The notes under the pieces were generated by a model. The model did no database searches. It was given only the letters and a program-made list of their open reading frames with translations, and was not told where the DNA came from. A DNA stretch of 64,000 bases from Vicinamibacterales bacterium (GTDB taxonomy: Bacteria; Acidobacteriota; Vicinamibacteria; Vicinamibacterales; UBA8438). How positions within the stretch are numbered: position 1 is the stretch's first letter; the number at the start of each line of letters is the position of its first letter. Shown here in pieces: positions 56,389 to 64,000 of the stretch. The position numbers were made by a program, and so were the translations under genes. The DNA is taken from assembly GCA_965221595.1 (NCBI GenBank), contig OZ244900.1, positions 2,243,317-2,307,316 on the forward strand, read 5' to 3'.

Positions 56389-56464
56389 ATCACACCTCCC
56401 GCAACAGGGCTGTCCGACACGGACATCCTGCAAATTATAGCAGCCCGGCGCGCCGAGGCGCTCC

Positions 56465-56513
56465 GGGTCCCCGCCAGCGGACACCGGGGGGGTATAGGGC
56501 GCACAGCCCGTCC
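56465..56513 (+). repeat. Dispersed REP-like repeat, copy 4 (degenerate)
   Basis: GGGTCCCCGCCAGCGGACACCGGGGGGGTATAGGGCGCACAGCCCGTCC. Confidence 0.5.
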
Positions 56514-56525
56514 GACGGATGCCGG

Positions 56526-57881
56526 CTACAGGTCCCAGAGCCGCGCGACGCGACCCGTGCTGTCGCCCAGCCGCTCGGCCGGCACGCCCATCCGGTCGAG
56601 CAGCGTCACCCACAGGTTCGTCACGGGCGTCTCGTCCGGATAGCGCACGTGGCGCCCGCCCCGCAGCCCCGCCGCCCGGCCGCCGACCAGTGCCACCGGC
56701 AGATTGTCGTGGAAGTGCGTGTTGCTGTCGCTGATGCCCGCGCCGTATACCAGCAGCGACTGGTCCAGCAGCGATCCGTCGCCGTCCGGCGTGGCGGCCA
56801 GCCGGTCCACCAGGTGCGCGAACTGCTCCATGTGGAAGCGGTTCACCTGGCCCAGATCGTCGATCTTGGCCGGGTCGTTCTCGTGGTGCGACAGCGGGTG
56901 GTGGGAGTCGGAGATGCCGATCTCGGGATACGGGCGGCTGCTCACCTCGCGGCCGATCATGAACGTGGCGACCCGCGTCAGGTCGGTCTGGTACGCCAGC
57001 GCCAGCAGGTCGAACATCAGCTTCGCGTGCGAGGCGAAGTCGTTCGGGATCCCGGCCGGCTGCTCAACGACCGGCAGCTCCCGGCCGGCCTGTGCCTCGG
57101 CCATCTGGATGCGCCGCTCCACGTCGCGCACCGCGTCCAGGTACTCCGTGAGCTTGACGCGGTCCCCGGGATGGAGGCGCAACTCGAGCGCCGCCGCCTT
57201 GTCGGAAACCGAATCGAGGATGCTGCGGTCGCGCCGCAGGCGGGCGCGCCGGGCGGCAGGCTCGGTGCTGACGGCCGTGCCGAACATCCGCTCGAACAGG
57301 GCGCGCGGGTCGTTCTCCATCGGCAGCGGCGTGGTCGGCGTGCGCCAGGCGATGGTGTTGGTGTAGGCGCAGGCGTAGGTGCCGTCGCAGGCACCGAGCA
57401 GCTCCACTGATTCGAGGGCCAGTTCCAGCGAGGCCAGCTGCGTGTCCGCAGCCAGTTCGCGGGCGGCGATCTGGTCTGCCGACACCCCGGCCAGCACATC
57501 CGCCGCCGACGTACGCTTGATGTGCATGCCGGTCAGATAGGAGCCGGCGGCACGGGCGTGGTCGCCGCCGCCCTCGCCCGGACGCGGATAGGCCTCCATG
57601 GCGGCCAGACCCGACACCACCGTCAGCTCACCGCGATGCGGCGCCAGCGGCTCGAGCGTCCGCGGCAGCGCGAACCCGGTCCCCTCGGTGGCGGGCACCC
57701 AGTACTTCATCGCCATGCCGTTCGGCACATAGAAGAAGCCGATGCGCCGCACGGGCGCAGCGGCGGTGCGGCCCAGCGCCGTCAGCGCCGGCACCATCCC
57801 GTCGAGCAGGGGCAGGGCGAGCGAGGCGCCGACGCCTCGCAGGAACGTACGCCGGGGCAAGTGCTTCCTGGTGATGATCAT
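56526..57881 (-). CDS. DUF1552 (HxxSHH) Tat-exported protein (copy 4)
   Basis: PRRTFLRG, YVPNG, CDGTYACAY, HHPLSHH; ATGA overlap with upstream gene. Confidence 0.92.
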   Translation of the reverse strand: MIITRKHLPRRTFLRGVGASLALPLLDGMVPALTALGRTAAAPVRRIGFFYVPNGMAMKYWVPATEGTGFALPRTLEPLAPHRGELTVVSGLAAMEAYPRPGEGGGDHARAAGSYLTGMHIKRTSAADVLAGVSADQIAARELAADTQLASLELALESVELLGACDGTYACAYTNTIAWRTPTTPLPMENDPRALFERMFGTAVSTEPAARRARLRRDRSILDSVSDKAAALELRLHPGDRVKLTEYLDAVRDVERRIQMAEAQAGRELPVVEQPAGIPNDFASHAKLMFDLLALAYQTDLTRVATFMIGREVSSRPYPEIGISDSHHPLSHHENDPAKIDDLGQVNRFHMEQFAHLVDRLAATPDGDGSLLDQSLLVYGAGISDSNTHFHDNLPVALVGGRAAGLRGGRHVRYPDETPVTNLWVTLLDRMGVPAERLGDSTGRVARLWDL

Positions 57882-60286
57882 GACTGCGGCACCTTCCGCA
57901 TCCGAAACGGCACGCTCCGCGCGATGCCCAGAACGATGTCCGACCAGCGATAGTCGGTGGCGGCCGCGCCGCGCACGATGGCCCGCACGGCCGGCGCGTC
58001 GTGATGCTCGACGCCGCGCCCCAGCGCGTACGTCAGCAGCTTCTCGGTGAAGTTGCCGACGAACTCCTCACGCCGCTCCAGCAGCGACCGGCGGAAGGCC
58101 ACCGGCCCGACCACCGTCGAGCCGTCCGGCAGGTCGGCGCTGGCGTCGATGGGCAGGCCGGCCTCGGCGTCACGCCAGCGGCCGATTGGATCGAAATTCT
58201 CCAGGGCGAAGCCGAGCGGGTCCATCCGCGCGTGGCAGCTCGCGCAGACCGGATTCGCGCGATGCTGCTCGAGCCGCTCGCGGACGGTCGTCGGCGTGGT
58301 CCGCGAGCCTTCCTCCAGCGACGGCACGTCGGGCGGCGGCGGAGGGGGTGGCGCGCCCAGCAGGTTCTCCAGCACCCACTTGCCGCGCAGAACCGGCGAG
58401 GTCCGATTGGGGTAGGACGTCACGGTGAGCACGCTGGCGTGTCCGAGCAGGCCGTGTCGCCGCTCGTCCGCGAGCGCCACCCGCCGGAAGTGGCCGCCGT
58501 AGACGTCGGGAATCCCGTAGTGCTCGGCCAAGCGACTGTTGACGAACGTATAGTCGGCCCGCAGCAGGTCGAGCACGCTGCGATCGCGCCGGAACTGATC
58601 GTGGAAGAAGAGATCGGTCTCGCGCGCCAGCGCCTCCCGGAGATCGCCGTCGAAGCCCGGAAAGAGCGCGCGGTCGGGCTCGGCGAAGCGGACGTTGCGC
58701 ACCAGCAGCCACTGGCCGGCGAAGTTGTCGACCAGCGCCGCCGCGCGGGGGTCGGCCAGCATGCGGCGCACCTGGGCCTCCAGCACCTCCGGCCGGCCGA
58801 GCTGCCCGCGTTCGGCCAGCGCCAGCAGCTCGTCGTCGGGCAGGCTGCTCCACAGGAAGAACGACAGGCGCGACGCCAGTTCGACGTCGCTCAGTGCATG
58901 CACCGTTCCCGGCGCCAGCCCGGGCGGGTCCTGCTCGATGCGAAACAGGAACTCCGGGTCGACCAGCAGGCGCTCGAGCGCGGCCTGGATGCCACCGTCG
59001 AACGTGCCCGCGGCGGCCCGGCCGGCCGCAAAGAATCCGAGCAGGGCATCGACGTCGGCGACCGTGACGGGCCGCCGAAAGGCCCGTCGCGCCAGAGCCG
59101 ACAGGATCTCGCCGGCGCAGGCCACCTCCTGCGCGGGCCGCTGCGGACGGCACGTGAAGATGCGCCGCCGGCTCGGCGTGTCGACGGGCGGCGACGCGTC
59201 GTAAGGCCCCAGTATCTCGACGGACGCCACTGCCGGACTGCGGTTCAGCCGGCCGCCGGCCTCCGCTACGCCGGCGTAGCGGGCGAAGGCCACGCCGACG
59301 ACGCGCGTGCCGGCGGCCACCGGCAGCCGCACCTCCAACCCCTCGTCGGCGGTGTTGTCGTAGATCTTGCGCCGGAGCAGATCGGGCCGGTCGGGCGGTA
59401 TCGGCTCCTGGCTGTCGTAGGTCAGTCCCTTCAGCTCCGGATCGCCGCCGACGGTGAAGGTCCCGACGCGCCGGCGGTCGAGGCGGATCTCCAGCCGGTC
59501 GCCCCGGTCGAGTCCTGCGATGCCGTAGTCGCCGTCCCGCCGCAGGCGCACCCTGATCAGGTATTCGCCGTCGAGCGGAAAGGTGTGGCGCACGGACAGG
59601 CCGCCGCGGGTGCCGAATGGCAGCGCCTCGCTCGTCCGCTCCGCCTGCCGCGCACGCCGGGGCAGGTCGTAGCGGGTGCCGGACGGGCGCAGCAGCGGGT
59701 CGCCGACGGCCAGCCGGCCGATCCGGGTGGCTGCCGCCAGATAACGGTCCAGGAGCGCCGGCGACATGGTCAGCACGTCGGCATTGTTGTCGAATCCGAA
59801 GCCCGAGTCGTCCGCAGGCAGCAGCGCCCGGCCGTCGATCTCCAGCGCCAGCAGGTCGCGGACCGCGTTGACGTACTCGGTGCGGTTCAAGCGGTGCACG
59901 GCCGGGCGGCCGGGGTCGGGGGATGCCGCGGCCACGGCATCGAGGGCGGACACCAGCTCACGCGCAAAGTGTCCCGCCGCGGCGGCGGTCGGACGCGGGC
60001 GGCCTGCCGGCGGCATCTGGCCGCCGCGGACCTTGCGCAGCACCTTCTCCCAGACGGCCGGGTTTGCAGCGACGTCCGCGGCGTCGAGCGCCGACGACTC
60101 GAGCACCAGCCCGGCGGTCTCAAGCCGCGCGTTGTGGCAGGCGATGCAGTAGGTGTCCAGCAGGTCGCGGCGATCGCCGGCCTCCGACGCCGCCGCGGCG
60201 GCCGGCCGCGGCAGAACGGTGATGACGAGCAGAGCGACAGCCAGGCAGGACGTTCCCCACCGCAGCCAGCAGGCTCTTGCGTCCAT
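57878..60286 (-). CDS. DUF1592-domain diheme cytochrome c protein (copy 4)
   Basis: CIACH..MPP, HRLNRTEY, LASRLSFFLWSS.PD, TSPVLRGKW, CASCH. Confidence 0.92.
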   Translation of the reverse strand: MDARACWLRWGTSCLAVALLVITVLPRPAAAAASEAGDRRDLLDTYCIACHNARLETAGLVLESSALDAADVAANPAVWEKVLRKVRGGQMPPAGRPRPTAAAAGHFARELVSALDAVAAASPDPGRPAVHRLNRTEYVNAVRDLLALEIDGRALLPADDSGFGFDNNADVLTMSPALLDRYLAAATRIGRLAVGDPLLRPSGTRYDLPRRARQAERTSEALPFGTRGGLSVRHTFPLDGEYLIRVRLRRDGDYGIAGLDRGDRLEIRLDRRRVGTFTVGGDPELKGLTYDSQEPIPPDRPDLLRRKIYDNTADEGLEVRLPVAAGTRVVGVAFARYAGVAEAGGRLNRSPAVASVEILGPYDASPPVDTPSRRRIFTCRPQRPAQEVACAGEILSALARRAFRRPVTVADVDALLGFFAAGRAAAGTFDGGIQAALERLLVDPEFLFRIEQDPPGLAPGTVHALSDVELASRLSFFLWSSLPDDELLALAERGQLGRPEVLEAQVRRMLADPRAAALVDNFAGQWLLVRNVRFAEPDRALFPGFDGDLREALARETDLFFHDQFRRDRSVLDLLRADYTFVNSRLAEHYGIPDVYGGHFRRVALADERRHGLLGHASVLTVTSYPNRTSPVLRGKWVLENLLGAPPPPPPPDVPSLEEGSRTTPTTVRERLEQHRANPVCASCHARMDPLGFALENFDPIGRWRDAEAGLPIDASADLPDGSTVVGPVAFRRSLLERREEFVGNFTEKLLTYALGRGVEHHDAPAVRAIVRGAAATDYRWSDIVLGIARSVPFRMRKVPQS

Positions 60287-60383
60287 GGAACCCCACGAGT
60301 CTACCCGCACTGCGACAAAGTTTACAAGTCGCTTCGGATTCGGCTATCGTAGCCGGAAGATCAATATTCACAAGGAGTTGGCT
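60287..60383. promoter_or_regulatory. AT-rich divergent promoter region with two inverted repeats
   Basis: GCGAC-N11-GTCGC (60312-60332) and CGGCTA-tcg-TAGCCG (60341-60355) between divergent DUF1592 and ankyrin genes. Confidence 0.5.
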
Positions 60384-61919
60384 GTGATCTCGACTTGTCG
60401 CGACGGAGGACGCGCGATGCTGGCCGCGGGGGCCGTCGCGCTGCTCGCCGTAGGCGCTCCGGCAGCGAGCGACGGTCCGCACCTGGTCGCCGCCGCCGAG
60501 CGCCAGGACTGGCGGTCCGTGGACGCCCTGCTGGCGGCCGGGGCCGACGTGGACGCGGCGCAGGCCGACGGCGCCACGGCGCTGCACTGGGCGGCACACT
60601 GGGACGCGCGGGCGGCGCTGGAGACGCTGCTGCGGGCGGGCGCGGATGTCGACGCGGCCAACGACCACGGCGTCACGCCCCTGTTTCTCGCCGCCGAGAA
60701 CGGCAGCGCGCCAGTGGCCGAACGCCTGCTGGCGGCCGGGGCCGACGCGTCCGCGACTCTGCCGGCGGACGGCGAGACCGTACTCATGCGGGCGGCGCAC
60801 ACGGGGAGCGCCGCCATCGTGAGGATGCTCCTCGACCGCGGCGCAGACCCGCACGCACGGACTGCCCGCTCCGGCCAGACGGCCCTGATGTGGGCCACGG
60901 CGGAGGGCCATGCCGACGCCGCCCGCGAGCTGATCGCGCGCGGCGCGGACGTGCGTGCCCGCTCGCACGGCCACTATACCCCGCTGCTGTTCGCCGCCCG
61001 GCAGGGCGACGTGGGCAGCGGCGCGCTGCTGCTGGCGGCCGGTGCCGCGGTGGACCGGGACGGGCCGGGGCCCGCGCCCCTGGTGGTGGCCATCGAGCAC
61101 GGGCGCGTGCCGTTCGCCCGCTTCCTGCTGGCGCATGGCGCCGCTGCGGACATCGTGATGCGCAACGGCAGCACGCCGCTCGCGGCCGCCCTCGCCATCG
61201 GCGGACGCCAGCTCGGCTACGACCCCGACGCGCCGGTGTACGAGCCGCCCGACAAGCTGGACCTGCTTCGCGACCTGCTGGCGGCCGGCGCCAAACCCGA
61301 CCGACGCCGCGGCGTGCCCGAGCCCGGATCGCGCGTCTACTCCCCCGACGGGCAGGCGTCCGGCTTCGACCGCGGTCCGACCGATCCGGACAACTTCGGC
61401 GTGGGGCGCAGCTGGATCGGCGCCTCGCCGTTCTGGGTCGCGGCGCACATGGCGGACGTCCGGCTCCTGGAGTTGCTGCTCGACGCCGGTGCCGATCCGA
61501 CCGTGACCACGGACGACGGCACCACGCCGCTGATGGTCGCCGCCGGCCTCGGCCATGCGGGTGACCGCTACGAGAAGTTCTGGTCGTTTGCGGCCGCGCG
61601 CGAGGCGGTCGAGTTTCTCGTGGAGCGGGGCGCAGACGTCAACGCAACCAACGCGGCGGGTTTCAGCGCGCTGCACGGCACCGCGTTCGTCGGTGCGGAG
61701 GCCGCGGCCGAGTATCTCGTCGCGCAGGGCGCGGCGCTGGACGCACAGGACTTCGCCGGGCGCACGCCGTACCGGATCGCGCAGGGCCACAAGGGGGGCG
61801 GCATGTCCTTCGTTTCGCGCCCCGGCACGGTGGCCCTGCTGGCGCGGCTCGGCGCCGACACGACCCTGGGGCCGCACTTCAACGATACGGAGCGCGAGGC
61901 AGGCCTGCAGGTCCGCTGA
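60384..61919 (+). CDS. Exported ankyrin-repeat protein
   Basis: GTG 60384 (AAGGAG RBS) or ATG 60417; DGATALHWAA, GVTPL..AAENG, GQTALMWA repeats. Confidence 0.9.
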   Translation: MISTCRDGGRAMLAAGAVALLAVGAPAASDGPHLVAAAERQDWRSVDALLAAGADVDAAQADGATALHWAAHWDARAALETLLRAGADVDAANDHGVTPLFLAAENGSAPVAERLLAAGADASATLPADGETVLMRAAHTGSAAIVRMLLDRGADPHARTARSGQTALMWATAEGHADAARELIARGADVRARSHGHYTPLLFAARQGDVGSGALLLAAGAAVDRDGPGPAPLVVAIEHGRVPFARFLLAHGAAADIVMRNGSTPLAAALAIGGRQLGYDPDAPVYEPPDKLDLLRDLLAAGAKPDRRRGVPEPGSRVYSPDGQASGFDRGPTDPDNFGVGRSWIGASPFWVAAHMADVRLLELLLDAGADPTVTTDDGTTPLMVAAGLGHAGDRYEKFWSFAAAREAVEFLVERGADVNATNAAGFSALHGTAFVGAEAAAEYLVAQGAALDAQDFAGRTPYRIAQGHKGGGMSFVSRPGTVALLARLGADTTLGPHFNDTEREAGLQVR

Positions 61920-61929
61920 ATGCCGGTTG

Positions 61930-62865
61930 CTACCGCTGCTGCTGGAAGGCGGCGCTCAGAATGTGCGCGAGGCCGTAGTTGCCCTCGTGGCAGGCGTACT
62001 CGTAGATGACGTAGCTGTCGTCCCGGATCAGCGGGATGGCGAGGGTCCACGGACGGGTGAACGCGCGCGGGTCCTCCAGCTCGGCCCGGTAGTCGATGGT
62101 GTCGTCGTCGAGCAGCCGGAAGCGCTCGACGACGCGCATGTCCCGCCCGCCACCGCGATACGAGCCGAGCGGCTGCTGCGTGCCGAAGGTCGCGTCGGAG
62201 AAGTTGGTCACTTCGACGACGAGCGTGTCACCCTCCCACCGCGCGCGCGAGTCGCCCCAGAGCTGGCGGATGTTCTCGTGCAGCGGCGGCCGCCCGTCGA
62301 GCGGGATGATCCGCATGTCGTGGATGATCTCGTAGCGGATCAGCACGTAGTCGGGCGTCTGCATGATCTCGTAGGCGTTGTTGTAGCCCATCGGTGCCAT
62401 CACCGTCGGGAAGCCCTTGGTGATGCACCGATCCCAGAGATCGAGATCGGTCCACGACGTGATGCCGATGCCGTAGTGCGTCGGCCCCCAGTCGTCGACC
62501 GCCTGCTGCATTTCCGCCGTGACCGGAATCCGACCGTCCGGCGGATCGACCACCAGCGACTCCCGTTCGATGCGGCGCACGGTCTCCGGTTCGTCCCAGA
62601 CGATGTTCACGTCGCGATTGGGCTCCTGCTGCTGGCGCAACGCTTCAGCCCTTTCGCGGCGCGCGATGTCTTCGGCCGTGAGCGTCGTCTTGGGGCGCTC
62701 CACCGGCACGCCCACCACCGCGTTGCTGGTCCAGATGCCCTGCAGGTCCGGGTGCCCCCACGGTGTCCGCGGCGGCTCGTAGTCGTCCTGAGCCCCGACG
62801 CCGACCGCGGCTGCCGCGGCAACGACCGCCGCGACGCACAAACCCGCCCCGAACCGCTCAGTCAT
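61930..62865 (-). CDS. Exported GxPDLxGxW...CHEGNY family protein
   Basis: WGHPDLQGIW, SLVVDPPDGRIP, DRCI, YNN, GDSRARWEGDTLVV, YEYACHEGNY. Confidence 0.88.
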   Translation of the reverse strand: MTERFGAGLCVAAVVAAAAAVGVGAQDDYEPPRTPWGHPDLQGIWTSNAVVGVPVERPKTTLTAEDIARRERAEALRQQQEPNRDVNIVWDEPETVRRIERESLVVDPPDGRIPVTAEMQQAVDDWGPTHYGIGITSWTDLDLWDRCITKGFPTVMAPMGYNNAYEIMQTPDYVLIRYEIIHDMRIIPLDGRPPLHENIRQLWGDSRARWEGDTLVVEVTNFSDATFGTQQPLGSYRGGGRDMRVVERFRLLDDDTIDYRAELEDPRAFTRPWTLAIPLIRDDSYVIYEYACHEGNYGLAHILSAAFQQQR

Positions 62866-62899
62866 CGCTTCCTCCCCCGCTACCGACGCCGGCCGCCGG

Positions 62900-63718
62900 C
62901 TACGGCCGCCGCCGCAGGTGGCCGTACAGCAGTTCCTCGGAGAACTCCACGCAGCGGAACTCCAGGAGCTGCATGTTCTCCTCCATGCGCCGGTACAGCG
63001 GCAGGCTGATCGTCCACGGCCGCGTAAACGTGTTGGGATCCTCGATCGTCGCCTCGTACTGCAGGTGATGCCGCGTGACCGGCGTGTAGCGCTCGACCAC
63101 GTGCAGGGCGCTGCTGTGATGGTTTCCCGCCCGGTCGAACCAGGTCTGTCCGTTGAACGCAGTCACGTCGACGACGAGCGAGTCGCCGTCCCAGCGGCCG
63201 ACCGAATGGCCCATCCAGGTGTCCACCGGGCTCTCCGGCACTGGGTCCATGTGGATGACGCGGTTGGCGCTGGCGAACTCATAGGCGATGAAGATCTTGC
63301 TGGTACCCTGCACGATCTGGAAAGGAAAAGGCATGTAGGTGGCGCGCGGCACGCCCGGCAGGTAGCACTTGGCTTCGGGATCCTCGGTGCGGCGGTTCTC
63401 GAAGTTCTCCTGGCGTCGAGCGATCGCCTCGGGCCGGTAGGGTATCGTGCCGCCCTCGACGATGCCCAGCCCGCCCGGCGCGGCGCCGATGGCCCCGGTC
63501 TCCGCCAGCCGCCCCGCGTAGGCTGCGTGCGGCTCGATGTTCCAGTGCGCCGAGCTGACCGCCTGCCAGATGCCGCTGAGGTCCGGGCGGCCGTCCGCGG
63601 CGCGCGGAAACTCGTCCGATTGCGCCCGGCCCGCAGTCGTCAGCAACCCCAGGCAGAGCAGGCCTGCTGCCGCCGCCGCACCCGTCTTCTTCGTCAGATC
63701 ACACCACCGCTGTGACAT
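62900..63718 (-). CDS. Exported GxPDLxGxW family protein (shorter subtype)
   Basis: DGRPDLSGIW, DPEAKCYLPGVPR, GHSVGRWDGDSLVVD, LHVVERY, EFRCVE. Confidence 0.85.
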   Translation of the reverse strand: MSQRWCDLTKKTGAAAAAGLLCLGLLTTAGRAQSDEFPRAADGRPDLSGIWQAVSSAHWNIEPHAAYAGRLAETGAIGAAPGGLGIVEGGTIPYRPEAIARRQENFENRRTEDPEAKCYLPGVPRATYMPFPFQIVQGTSKIFIAYEFASANRVIHMDPVPESPVDTWMGHSVGRWDGDSLVVDVTAFNGQTWFDRAGNHHSSALHVVERYTPVTRHHLQYEATIEDPNTFTRPWTISLPLYRRMEENMQLLEFRCVEFSEELLYGHLRRRP

Positions 63719-63804
63719 CGGTTCCGTCTCCTTGCGAAGTACAGCGGGTGCTGGCCTCTTGCACTCCGCACCGCTCCCGCCGTGGCGCGCCGTGTGCAGC
63801 TCGA

Positions 63805-64000
63805 CTAGCGCTCCGTCGGGTCGCGGCCGTCGCGCGGGGCGCCGGTACCTGAGGAACCCACGAAGAGCTTGGTGCCGTCCTCGAAGGTGATGTCGCGCCC
63901 GTTGGCGCGCATGGCGCCGTCCTTGGCCTGATAGCCCTCGACCTGGATGATCGTGCCTGGGGGCAGGGAGTTCTTGTTGAAGCCGCGGCGCAGCAAGGCG
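63805..64000 (-). CDS. DUF6152 family protein, 3' part (runs off window end)
   Basis: LLRRGF.K.SL.PGT.I.V.GYQAKDG..RANGRDITF.DGTKLF.GSSGTGAP, very similar to the C-terminus of 25211..25657. Confidence 0.85.
   Translation of the reverse strand, partial: ALLRRGFNKNSLPPGTIIQVEGYQAKDGAMRANGRDITFEDGTKLFVGSSGTGAPRDGRDPTER

Noticed and set aside
13475-56513. Repeats as a CRISPR array or IS ends
   Set aside because: Copies are dispersed kilobases apart, with no spacer array, cas gene, transposase or visible target duplication.
22529-61919. Ankyrin proteins as eukaryote-targeting symbiosis effectors
   Set aside because: Possible, but all three have Sec-type leaders and sit beside DUF1592/DUF1552 pairs, which favours a periplasmic partner role; the sequence gives no host evidence.
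1-64000. tRNA, rRNA, riboswitch or prophage genes
   Set aside because: No recognisable signatures by eye; an Infernal/tRNAscan-SE run would be needed to exclude small RNAs.

Overview
64-kb, very GC-rich bacterial window, densely coding (about 45 real genes; most long ORFs in the supplied track are antisense or out-of-frame GC shadows). I found no rRNA, tRNA, CRISPR array, integrase or transposase. The gene content (Oar-type TonB-dependent receptor, several DUF1592/DUF1552 pairs, exported ankyrin proteins, DUF6152) suggests Acidobacteriota, Vicinamibacterales-like and possibly host/sponge-associated; this is inference only. The window is dominated by a repeated, functionally unknown periplasmic module. 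It has four complete diheme cytochrome (DUF1592-type) + Tat-exported HxxSHH protein (DUF1552) pairs plus one relic, three exported ankyrin proteins, five paralogues of a G-x-P-x-L-x-G-x-W...C(HEGN) family, two DUF6152 proteins and two c-heme/copper-monooxygenase-like fusions. These sit among PQQ dehydrogenases, many exported hydrolases and an RND pump. The best candidate for a new system is a translationally coupled three-gene cassette at 5301-8109 (minus strand): a coiled-coil/Gly-zipper pore-former-like protein, a QxK nuclease-like domain fused to a hydrophobic Gly-zipper domain, and a TerB-like protein, with its own leaderless promoter. It looks like a defence or toxin module. Also noted: an in-frame amber codon inside a conserved motif (17414-17416), a dispersed ~47-bp REP-like repeat (4 copies, one inside a CDS) and repeated leaderless-promoter signatures. 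All family names come from motif recognition, not database searches.
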